64,000 nt of DNA from a virus (Duplodnaviria > Heunggongvirae > Uroviricota > Caudoviricetes), in the IMG/VR virus record IMGVR_UViG_3300044294_000233. One strand, written 5' to 3'. Below are positions 8,592 to 16,641 of the stretch, in pieces. The notes under the pieces were generated by a model, which was not told the DNA's origin, ran no database searches, and saw nothing but the letters and a program-made list of their open reading frames with translations. The translations under genes and the position numbers were made by a program. How positions within the stretch are numbered: position 1 is the stretch's first letter; every line of letters starts with the position of its first letter.

Positions 8592-9104
8592 TCAGATTTT
8601 GGCGAGCAGACCGAGGTTGTAATAATCGAGTTCGATGAACTCTTTCCACGCCCCGCCCTCGCGGTCGTGGTAGCTCGCCCCTTTGTTCATCCACTGAAGC
8701 TCTGCCTCCTTGTGATCCCCGTAGTACCCAAGAAGTTCTTCGCCGGCCGGGATGTCCCTCGTGAACCTGTAAATCACTTGTCCCGCGTCGTTGCTTCTCC
8801 GTGCCAGCCCGCGAGCGAATTCGAGTTTGACATTCTGTTTCGCGGTGTCCGGGGTGTGATTTATCATCCCGCCGTAGCCCATCGGCACGATGTTGGCCTC
8901 TTGGTTGTCGTGACCGTTGAACTTGTATCTGGTCGCGTAGGCGGTACACTTGTCGGCGATGCCGCCTTTCTTGACGTAGACGCCGATCACCTCGATGTAG
9001 TCGCCCTTCTTCAGATCCACGGCGGCGAAACACCCCATGCCGGCGTTCTCAATTGTCGATGGCATCAACGCGAACCGCAGATCGGTTTCTTCTACGAAAT
9101 TCAT
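8592..9104 (-). CDS. SET-domain protein (putative protein lysine methyltransferase).
   Basis: NAGMGCFAAVDLKKGDYIEVIGVYV matches the SET N-terminal GxG/FA pattern. GYGGMINHTPDTAKQNV corresponds to NHSCxPN, and IPAGEELLGYYG to the GEEL...Y motif. Confidence 0.5.
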   Translation of the reverse strand: MNFVEETDLRFALMPSTIENAGMGCFAAVDLKKGDYIEVIGVYVKKGGIADKCTAYATRYKFNGHDNQEANIVPMGYGGMINHTPDTAKQNVKLEFARGLARRSNDAGQVIYRFTRDIPAGEELLGYYGDHKEAELQWMNKGASYHDREGGAWKEFIELDYYNLGLLAKI

Positions 9105-9379
9105 TGCTTCTTCTCCAGTTTGCCTTCGCGGATCGCAGCCACAAGCTCACTCAGTGTCACGGGGAAACCGAGGAACTCTTCGAGACAGTCGAGGAAGTGC
9201 TTTTGGATCTCGCCGTGCAGCGTCTTCTTGGCCTGTGGGTCGTCGCCACAGTACATGATCGCGCGGGAGAGGTCCGATTCACTCAGTTCGTAGTCGAAGG
9301 CTTCGTTGTCGAAGACCAGATACCGCTTCGGTTTGCCGTTTTCTTCAAGCTCTAGGGTGCTTACTTGCAAGGTACTCAC
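9101..9379 (-). CDS. Hypothetical acidic protein.
   Basis: 92-aa ORF with a 4-nt overlap with the SET gene. Confidence 0.35.
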   Translation of the reverse strand: MSTLQVSTLELEENGKPKRYLVFDNEAFDYELSESDLSRAIMYCGDDPQAKKTLHGEIQKHFLDCLEEFLGFPVTLSELVAAIREGKLEKKQ

Positions 9380-9764
9380 GATACTCCTTGTGTGCTTCCA
9401 GTAGTTCTTCTCTCGTCATCGTGTTCTGACGCAACACGCACAACATTTTGGTCATCAGGTAAGTGAAAGCCCGGTGTCTGGTCGTGTCTATGCAGGGGAG
9501 CGAACTAGCCGCTCTTTTCATTATTTCGCGATGATTTGCGATCTTTTCTTCCAGAGGAAGGTCCGGCTTCGCAAACTCAATAACGTTGCGAGCCATGATC
9601 GTCAAAATCACCGCGAGCTTGTCGCCCCACTCTTTTTTGTCTTCGGCTTTTTTCCATTTGTTGACGATCTCATCGATACCTTCGAGAGTACGTCTGTCGG
9701 CTTGCCTTTTCTGCTTTGCATAGCTGCGCTTCAACCAATCGTTCATTATGCTCCTGTAGCCCAA
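9345..9764 (-). CDS. Hypothetical protein at the edge of an AT-rich island.
   Basis: 139-aa ORF with lower GC than its surroundings. Its overlap with 9101..9379 suggests the true start may be further downstream. Confidence 0.35.
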   Translation of the reverse strand: MGYRSIMNDWLKRSYAKQKRQADRRTLEGIDEIVNKWKKAEDKKEWGDKLAVILTIMARNVIEFAKPDLPLEEKIANHREIMKRAASSLPCIDTTRHRAFTYLMTKMLCVLRQNTMTREELLEAHKEYREYLASKHPRA

Positions 9765-9943
9765 TCGACCGTAATGATACTTGGGATGTCAAGCTCGTCC
9801 ATTACGATCACACTAGGCACGTTTACTCCACAGACAATGATACTGGGGAATGTAATTTTGTTTATTTGCCCGATCACACTGGGGATGTATATGACATCCG
9901 CGTTGACCGGCAAATTATTTTCATTCTCTTTCTTGCATGTCAT
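9746..9943 (-). pseudogene. Fragment encoding IPSxI octapeptide repeats, related to the C-terminus of the fibre gene at 1..1264. It is probably a fibre-gene remnant.
   Basis: The translation VNVPSVIVMDELDIPSIITVDW resembles DDVPSVIEVISNIPTTITVYHN. The DNA repeats cgatcacact(g/a)gg(g/c)a match those at 1-470. The stretch is AT-rich and lies directly 3' of the homing endonuclease gene. Confidence 0.3.
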
Positions 9944-9954
9944 ACGAAGTTCAC

Positions 9955-10974
9955 CTATTTTGCGAACGTTTTTTTGTTTAACAATCTACTGATGCTCGAC
10001 TGTGATGTGCCGATAATGCTTGCGACCTCTTCTTGATCCTTACCTTCTGCCAGAAGCCTTAATGCTTGCGTTCTGTCTTCTGCGGTCATTTTTTTGTGTT
10101 GTCGCACCATCGGGTTTCCCAGATGTTTCCATCCTTGCCCAGAAGCGATGCGTGTCACACACGCTTCGGTCACACCAAATATGGCCGCGACTTCTTTACG
10201 AGAACGACCTATCTGCCTCAACCGAAAAATCTCCTGCGATTTCTCGTCGTTTAATTTAGACTTTCCGTGGTTGGCTCCCTTGTTGTCTTTCTTGACGTAC
10301 CCGGAGGTGTCCGTTTTGTAACCGAAGCAGTCCCACTTGATCTCTGGCCTTATAATGTCAATGAATTCAAAATACGCTTCACGGTTGACACGAAGTAAAA
10401 ACTGACTGCGGTCTTTTTTGACTCTCGACTTGACAGCCTTGATCGACAAGTCACGTTTCATTACTTCCGCCAGGAAAACAACCTCTTCTTCGGTAAAACC
10501 ATTGGTGCATAGTTTGGCTTGGGCGTCTCTAGCTTGATTGACCCCGTCATCCATGTACCATATCGCCATCGATAGCGGAGTCAGTTTGAGATCGTTAGGA
10601 ATGACCTTCCTGATTCTGCCGTTCACCAACTGAGGGGCATACCACTTCTTGCCCATTTCCGTCCAAATCAGATGATTGCAAGACTCATATCTCCAAGTCG
10701 GATATGGTTCACACTGCACTCGACCGATCTTGCCGTCGATAATTTTGGCTCGATGAGACTTCATAACAATTTTTGCACATCTGGACCAGCCTCCTAGCTC
10801 ATCTAAAAAAAACTGCATGTAGCTTTCTTTTGGAAAGTTTTTATGATCGGCAAAGCTCTGCTGAATCAGCCAATTCCAGTTAACAGGTTGACGGCTAAGA
10901 CAGCCATCGCCAAGCATACTTCCTATGAATATCTCATGCTGACGGGTAGTCAATTGCGGGTATAAATTCTTCAT
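9955..10974 (-). CDS. LAGLIDADG homing endonuclease with tandem C-terminal helix-turn-helix domains.
   Basis: Two LAGLIDADG-type motifs are present (IFIGSMLGDGCLS and MAIWYMDDGVNQ). The C-terminus has two sigma70 region-4-like HTH repeats (EIFRLRQIGRSRKEVAAIFGVTEACVTRI; ALRLLAEGKDQEEVASIIGTSQSSISRLL). GC is low relative to the flanks. Confidence 0.7.
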   Translation of the reverse strand: MKNLYPQLTTRQHEIFIGSMLGDGCLSRQPVNWNWLIQQSFADHKNFPKESYMQFFLDELGGWSRCAKIVMKSHRAKIIDGKIGRVQCEPYPTWRYESCNHLIWTEMGKKWYAPQLVNGRIRKVIPNDLKLTPLSMAIWYMDDGVNQARDAQAKLCTNGFTEEEVVFLAEVMKRDLSIKAVKSRVKKDRSQFLLRVNREAYFEFIDIIRPEIKWDCFGYKTDTSGYVKKDNKGANHGKSKLNDEKSQEIFRLRQIGRSRKEVAAIFGVTEACVTRIASGQGWKHLGNPMVRQHKKMTAEDRTQALRLLAEGKDQEEVASIIGTSQSSISRLLNKKTFAK

Positions 10975-11004
10975 GCAGGTATTATAGTATTTTCAAAAGC
11001 TATT

Positions 11005-11481
11005 TTAGACAAAATTAACCGACCAAGACCATGTGATCTGCATGGCGTCAGTCTTGTTGAGGTCTGGGAACGTCGCCAGACTGTACAAGTCGCCGCTGTT
11101 CATTACCAACGCCATTTCGTTCAGGGCGTACCCGTTGGCGTCGTTAAACGTCAACACGCTGGTAAACACGGCTTTGCTAGGGGTCGTCGGGTCCACGCTC
11201 GCCACGACGGGCTTACTCGCCCGCGTCAAACCGTAAAGGCCGTTCCTGTTCGTGTCAACGAACTTCGGAACGCCCCCGGACGTGCCGCCGTCGCCGAAAA
11301 TCATTCGGCTGACGTAGAAATTGAACCCGTCACTAAGGGAGTTGCTCAGGGCTGCGGCCAGAGCCGCCCGTCCCCGCCTCATGACGCTGTTGTTGAACCG
11401 CAAAGTGTCTTTGCGGCCGTCTTTGTATTCGATGACGGCTTCGACCCAACCGATACATTGCACTTGGTCTTCGGTTTTCAT
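11005..11481 (-). CDS. Hypothetical tail or baseplate-associated protein.
   Basis: 158-aa ORF with a 4-nt overlap with the upstream gpI-like gene. Confidence 0.4.
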   Translation of the reverse strand: MKTEDQVQCIGWVEAVIEYKDGRKDTLRFNNSVMRRGRAALAAALSNSLSDGFNFYVSRMIFGDGGTSGGVPKFVDTNRNGLYGLTRASKPVVASVDPTTPSKAVFTSVLTFNDANGYALNEMALVMNSGDLYSLATFPDLNKTDAMQITWSWSVNFV

Positions 11482-14400
11482 AGGCTCCCCTCTTCGACTG
11501 TTCCGTCCGCGTAATCAATGCGGAAGTTGATTTTCTCTTCTTGTTTCACAAAGTCAGAGAACCCCGGCTCTGGGGCGGCTGCCATGCTCATCGCCATCGG
11601 CGACATCGTCTCCGTGACGGAGGTGATCACTTCCGAGTTCCGCCGGTCGAGCCGCTGGAACGGCACGCCCGCCACAGTCACCGGAAGAGTTTCGTAGTTG
11701 TAAATCTCGAACGGCACGCTCGTCCCCCCGTTACCCAAAGTCGTCCAGTAGTGAATGTCACCGTCCAGGGTGATCGTAGTCCCGTCGATGTCGGCAATCG
11801 CAAAAGTCTCTTCATCCGCCCCGTTGACTGGGTCATTGATCACGACGATGAAGTTCTCTTTGAACTTGCTGTCTTCCAGCGGAACCAGTACCGGGTTTTG
11901 GCCGTTCGAGATGCCCAACGACGATTCGTAGTTGATCACCGTGTTCAGGCCGATACCCTGATAAGTAAGTAAGCCGTACCGCGTATCGATCAGCCGATCA
12001 TACAAAGCGATACTCTTTCCGCCCACCGAACCGCCCGACCAGCCGTTGATGTAAAACTGGTGTGTCTCGCCGTCCACCAATTCACTGACGACGTACTGGT
12101 CGCCGGTATCGTTGTAGTACAAAAAGTATTGCCCCGCGAGCGGCTGGATCATTACCCCGCGAACGTCGGTCAGCACCCCGTCCGTGACAGTTACCAGTCC
12201 GCGAAGCTCAACCGACAAATTCAAGGTGCCTGTGTGTGCCACGCTCGCGTCCGGGCGGATGATCGAATAGGCCACACCCGTCGCGTTCACGTTTGGCAGG
12301 GAAGGGTCTTGAGCGATCACGATCTCGCCTTCGGGCTTTATGTCTTGGATCGTGTACGGCGTGGCACTGTACGCCGTCATCTTGATCGTCCAGGCCGTCG
12401 TAGCGTACCCGTTGTCAACGTCCCACTGGCTCTTGACGCCCAGTTCTGCCAAGTCCCAAGTCGCGTCCTTCAACTTGTAGAAATTGTCGGTCACAATGGA
12501 GGTGTCGGAGTTTTCGTAAATGATGTTCGACAGGCTGAACGAGAAGGCCGACTGATTGATCGGCTCCGTCAATGGCGATGTCGGCGAGATTGGGCCGTAA
12601 ACTTCGACCGCGTGTCCGACCGCGTTGGTGACTTGGTAGTTACCGGCGTGCGGGTGCGGGCCGTAGATTTCTAGCACCGTTTCGGTCGGGTCGGTACTCA
12701 GGCCGGTGTTGCTGATCGGAACGTCCGGCGAGAACAACATGATCTGTCTGTTGTAGGCTGTGGCGGTTCCGCTCGCTACGAGCGTACTCGTAGCGAGGGT
12801 GTTTCTCAGAATTTGGTCGAGCGGCATGCCGCTCGGAATCATCGCGCGGTTGAAGACCATTTGATCGCTGCCGGCGATTACTGTCTCGCTCCCGCGATAG
12901 TAAATCAGGCACTCAATCGTCTCGACGGGCGGCTGAACGAAGTCCTCCATCGAGCCGCTGAAGTTGATGGTCTGGGGCAGGGCGTGAAACGGGACGAACT
13001 CCTTCAGGATGTCTTTGGCCTCGTTCACCCGGTCGTCGCAAAGGCGGTCAACTTCAATGTCGATGATGTACTTGCTGCCCAAGCACTGGCTGCACGGGTC
13101 AACGAAGTCCTTGTCCATGTCGCACGGTTCGAGACTGTCCCTAATCGAGCCGTTGTATTCGTCCATGTTATAGACGTTTTCGCTGTACGGGAACTCGGTC
13201 CTGATCTTACCGAACACCAAGAAGTCGTGGTACGGGTGCTTGTTGGGAATCAAGATCGAAAACAACGGGTCGTTCTCTTCGAGCAGTCGAACGTTCCAGT
13301 TTTTCGGCGGGTAGTCCTGAACCGTTTCGTCCCGCTGATCGGTCAACGGCAACAAACGAATGTAGTCCTCGATGTCCTGTTGCGTCGGGTTCGGGATCGC
13401 CGCGTACTGGTACAGCACTCGAAGGATGTCGCCGTTTTCGAGCGAGATGTTGTTCTCAATCGTTAGTGTGCTGACGCCGTCCGATGTGTTGATCGACACG
13501 TCTGATGGCAGGTAGTCCGTGTAGTACGAGTTGCCCGCCTTTCTGACGGACACTTCAAAGTTGTCTGAATCAATTGGTTGTGCGACACGGGACAGCACGA
13601 ACTCCATTTCGCCGCCGGCCGCTTTGAAGGTTTCCACCCATGTGTACGGCGAAATGATCTGCCAGCCGCGAACCAAGCTCGTCATCCTCATGCCGGCCAA
13701 ATCGAACGCCATCTCCAGCCCGGCGCGAGTTCCCTTCATCTTGTAAAGCGGCACCGCCAACTTGATCTGCTTCCGCCAACGGGTCGGGTCTTCGCTCCTC
13801 AGCTTCAGCCCGAACATCCGCCCCAGAAGGCCCAAGAACGCCTCGTCAGTCGAGTTGGCGTCCATGATGTCCAAGATCTGGTTGGCGAGATTCTCCAACA
13901 CCGTGAACCCCTGGCCGACCGATTTGTTGAATCTGGTCAGAACGGACGGGGTCACGTCGTCTTCGGAGAGCGTGGATTTGTACATCTCTGGGAGGTATGT
14001 GTCCAGCAGAGTTTGGTACTTTTCCGGCGGCGTGGCGTGGGTCGGGATGCTCGTGGTGATGGCGTTGTTGCCCATCAACGAGAAGGAAAGGTTTTGCGAA
14101 AGCGTTTCCCCGGCCGCGAGGGGCGTCCACGTCCAGCACGCGATGTAGTTGCCCTCTCGCATACCCACCGGGTTCCAAACGTATTGGAAGTGGCCGTATA
14201 CGGTGTTACCTTCCTCGTCAAGCGGTACGTTTTCGATGAGAGCGTTGGGTGTGTCGGTCGAGAGCCAAGCGGGATAAGACGAGTTGCCGATCACCGCAAC
14301 GGGGACGGCGTCGTTGTAATACACGGGTCGCGAAACCCTCATGGAGTCGGCCTGGGCGCGTAGTTTTCGCGCCTCAAGAATGTTCTCCTGAGTCGGGTCA

Positions 14401-14633
14401 AGGCACGCCGCGTTCTGTGCTTCGGTCGCCGCCCGCTCCGCGTCTTGGTTCCGGGTTTCAACGTCAAATTGCGTGACGTTGCCGCCTGAGAAGTCGCGTT
14501 CGATGTAGTAAATGGTCAGGTTGTTGACCATGTAGGGGTTCTGGAGCAAGCATTGGTCGGCGTCGGGGGTCAAGAAAGGAATGACCACCGTATCCGTAAC
14601 ACTCGGCACCTCATAGATTGTTTTCTCTGCCAT
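11478..14633 (-). CDS. Baseplate protein with a P2 gpI-like N-terminal region and a C-terminal extension of about 700 aa.
   Basis: FLGLLGRMFGLKLRSEDPTRWRKQIKLAVPLYKMKGTRAGLEMAFDLAG resembles the tail protein I family signature. It lies directly after the Baseplate_J-like gene, the same order as P2 W-J-I. Confidence 0.5.
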   Translation of the reverse strand: MAEKTIYEVPSVTDTVVIPFLTPDADQCLLQNPYMVNNLTIYYIERDFSGGNVTQFDVETRNQDAERAATEAQNAACLDPTQENILEARKLRAQADSMRVSRPVYYNDAVPVAVIGNSSYPAWLSTDTPNALIENVPLDEEGNTVYGHFQYVWNPVGMREGNYIACWTWTPLAAGETLSQNLSFSLMGNNAITTSIPTHATPPEKYQTLLDTYLPEMYKSTLSEDDVTPSVLTRFNKSVGQGFTVLENLANQILDIMDANSTDEAFLGLLGRMFGLKLRSEDPTRWRKQIKLAVPLYKMKGTRAGLEMAFDLAGMRMTSLVRGWQIISPYTWVETFKAAGGEMEFVLSRVAQPIDSDNFEVSVRKAGNSYYTDYLPSDVSINTSDGVSTLTIENNISLENGDILRVLYQYAAIPNPTQQDIEDYIRLLPLTDQRDETVQDYPPKNWNVRLLEENDPLFSILIPNKHPYHDFLVFGKIRTEFPYSENVYNMDEYNGSIRDSLEPCDMDKDFVDPCSQCLGSKYIIDIEVDRLCDDRVNEAKDILKEFVPFHALPQTINFSGSMEDFVQPPVETIECLIYYRGSETVIAGSDQMVFNRAMIPSGMPLDQILRNTLATSTLVASGTATAYNRQIMLFSPDVPISNTGLSTDPTETVLEIYGPHPHAGNYQVTNAVGHAVEVYGPISPTSPLTEPINQSAFSFSLSNIIYENSDTSIVTDNFYKLKDATWDLAELGVKSQWDVDNGYATTAWTIKMTAYSATPYTIQDIKPEGEIVIAQDPSLPNVNATGVAYSIIRPDASVAHTGTLNLSVELRGLVTVTDGVLTDVRGVMIQPLAGQYFLYYNDTGDQYVVSELVDGETHQFYINGWSGGSVGGKSIALYDRLIDTRYGLLTYQGIGLNTVINYESSLGISNGQNPVLVPLEDSKFKENFIVVINDPVNGADEETFAIADIDGTTITLDGDIHYWTTLGNGGTSVPFEIYNYETLPVTVAGVPFQRLDRRNSEVITSVTETMSPMAMSMAAAPEPGFSDFVKQEEKINFRIDYADGTVEEGSL

Positions 14634-14636
14634 GCC

Positions 14637-16199
14637 TCACTCGTATACAAATGTTACTGTGATCGTGTCCGGGCGGATGATCTGCTTGTAGTTGGCGGTC
14701 ACCAGAACGCCGCTGTTTTCGGGGTCGTTGGTCATGAAGTTCATTTCAAACCTGTTGACCTCGCGGATCGTTGACAACTGTTTGCCGAGGTCTTCTTGCC
14801 TGAGCGACTTGCCGTATTCCCAGTTCGGCAGCGAGAAGAAGGACGCGACTTTCTGCGTCACCATCGTCCGGTACTGGTCCTCGAACTTCTTGTAGAACTT
14901 GTTCATGACCACGTCGATTGACACATCGACCAGCAATATCGACCCGTCTTTGATGCAGACGAAGTCCGTGAACATCTGGACCTGTGAGATCGCGTCACCG
15001 AGTTCGGCTTTGAACTGACTCGAAGCGAGTTGCAGATCGTTCGCGGACGACGGCGTGGTCCCCCGAACCAGAACATAAAGGTCGATGACGTTGGCCGCGC
15101 ACCCCTGGTTCCTCAGAACCGCCGTCGATTTGCCCGTCTGCCCCTGGTACGGGGAGGCGAATTGGTCCGCGAACGTCTTGTAGTCCGAACCCGTCACGCA
15201 CCTGTTCTGAAGCGCCAACCAAGCCGGCAGCTTGCTGCGAACGTCATCAACCGTGTCGCCGTCGTACCCGAACTGGCCCTGCGTGTAGTTGCTGAGGCCG
15301 ACCGGGACGGAGTATTCAAAACCGGGTAGCGGCACGACGGTTTCCGACGTGATCGACTGTGTGACGATGTTACCTACCGTCCCGCCGCCCTTCCGGTATG
15401 TGACAACAATCTGTGATCCCTGCGACGGAATCAGGCCCGCCCGGTTGTTGCCGAAGATGATGAAAGCGTGCCAGAGGCTGTTGAACTCGACCCTGTACTC
15501 GCGCCGGGGTTGAGAGTCGGTGAACTGTTCCACCTGGGTCCACCTGACGCCGTCCACGTCCACGCGAATGCTGTCGAAAATCACCGGGAAGTAGCTGAGG
15601 GTATAGGTCTGCCCGACCAAGCCGGTTCCGGGGAACGTGTCGGTGTAAGTGAACCCCTCAAGACCCACCACGCTGTTGTTCACGACCGTACCGGCGGGGA
15701 TCAGAATGTCTTGGTCGTAGATCGGGTTCCCGTCAGCGTCGGCGGGGAAAAGCTCGATGCTGATGGACTCGTTTCCGGCCGTCACCGTCACGTCGAACGG
15801 GGCCGGGATGGTAACGTCTGCCAGCACCGGGTTGTTCAGTGTTGCCGACCACATCGACCGCGCCGCAATCGGCGGTTGCGGATTGAAGCCGACCAATTTG
15901 GCAAGTCTGAATGCGTTTTCGACCTCGGTGACGGTGTCGATGAAAACTTCGTTGGCGATTTGGTCGATCTTGAAGGACAAGGTGTCGGCAATGAACGCCC
16001 AGTTCTCGATCAACATGATCGCCAGCGACGACTCGACAAAGTCGTTGAAGTCGTTGGGGAAATTCGATTTGATGAAGTCGATCAGCCGCGACTTCATCGA
16101 CCAAAAGTCTTGGTTCGTGTAGTTCAGGTTGACGACGTTCGGAGCCGCCAGCGGGCCGGACTGTGAGAACGGTTCTACGTTGAAAGGGCATTCACTCAT
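14637..16199 (-). CDS. Baseplate J-like protein (P2 gpJ / T4 gp6 family).
   Basis: The N-terminus NYTNQDFWSMKSRLIDFIKSNFPNDFNDFVESSLAIMLIENWAFIADTLSFKIDQIANE has the Baseplate_J pattern. Its position follows the gp25-like gene. Confidence 0.65.
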   Translation of the reverse strand: MSECPFNVEPFSQSGPLAAPNVVNLNYTNQDFWSMKSRLIDFIKSNFPNDFNDFVESSLAIMLIENWAFIADTLSFKIDQIANEVFIDTVTEVENAFRLAKLVGFNPQPPIAARSMWSATLNNPVLADVTIPAPFDVTVTAGNESISIELFPADADGNPIYDQDILIPAGTVVNNSVVGLEGFTYTDTFPGTGLVGQTYTLSYFPVIFDSIRVDVDGVRWTQVEQFTDSQPRREYRVEFNSLWHAFIIFGNNRAGLIPSQGSQIVVTYRKGGGTVGNIVTQSITSETVVPLPGFEYSVPVGLSNYTQGQFGYDGDTVDDVRSKLPAWLALQNRCVTGSDYKTFADQFASPYQGQTGKSTAVLRNQGCAANVIDLYVLVRGTTPSSANDLQLASSQFKAELGDAISQVQMFTDFVCIKDGSILLVDVSIDVVMNKFYKKFEDQYRTMVTQKVASFFSLPNWEYGKSLRQEDLGKQLSTIREVNRFEMNFMTNDPENSGVLVTANYKQIIRPDTITVTFVYE

Positions 16200-16627
16200 T
16201 GTACTCCACCTACTGGTAGTTCGATTACCACGGCATCGACCTCTTGAATGTTCTCAGGATCGAAGAACCTGATCGTAATAGACATCACGTTCTCCAAGTC
16301 TTCTTTGGGATCTTGAGGGTTTAATTGACTTTCGTCCGCACTGTTTTTAACGGTGATTTCTTGAACCGTTATTCTCGGCTCCCACAGGTTGATCGAATTG
16401 ATGATCGCCTGTCGCACGCTCTCGGCCGAGATCGCGTCGTTCTGCTCGAAGATGAACTTCTTGAGGGGCGTGCCGTAAGTCGGCAGCATCACCCTCTCGC
16501 CGGGGTTGGTGAGCAGCAACTGCAAAAGATCGGACTTGATCTGACTGATGCCCCCGCTCGATCTCAAGTATCCTCGCGGGTGCGGTGTAATGGGATAAGG
16601 AACACCCAAAAACTTCATTGCCGGCAT
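16196..16627 (-). CDS. Baseplate wedge protein, gp25 / GPW family.
   Basis: IKSDLLQLLLTNPGERVMLPTYGTPL...INLWEPRITV matches the GPW_gp25 conserved core (GERxMxPxFG ... EPRI). Confidence 0.7.
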   Translation of the reverse strand: MPAMKFLGVPYPITPHPRGYLRSSGGISQIKSDLLQLLLTNPGERVMLPTYGTPLKKFIFEQNDAISAESVRQAIINSINLWEPRITVQEITVKNSADESQLNPQDPKEDLENVMSITIRFFDPENIQEVDAVVIELPVGGVQ

Positions 16628-16641
16628 TTATCCTCTTTGAA

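Larger units (their letters stand above)
9746..10995 (-). mobile_element. Candidate free-standing homing-endonuclease insertion (AT-rich island) between baseplate and fibre genes.
   Basis: There is a compositional break against roughly 58% GC surroundings. It contains the endonuclease ORF and an adjacent fibre-repeat fragment. No terminal repeats were identified. Confidence 0.4.
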
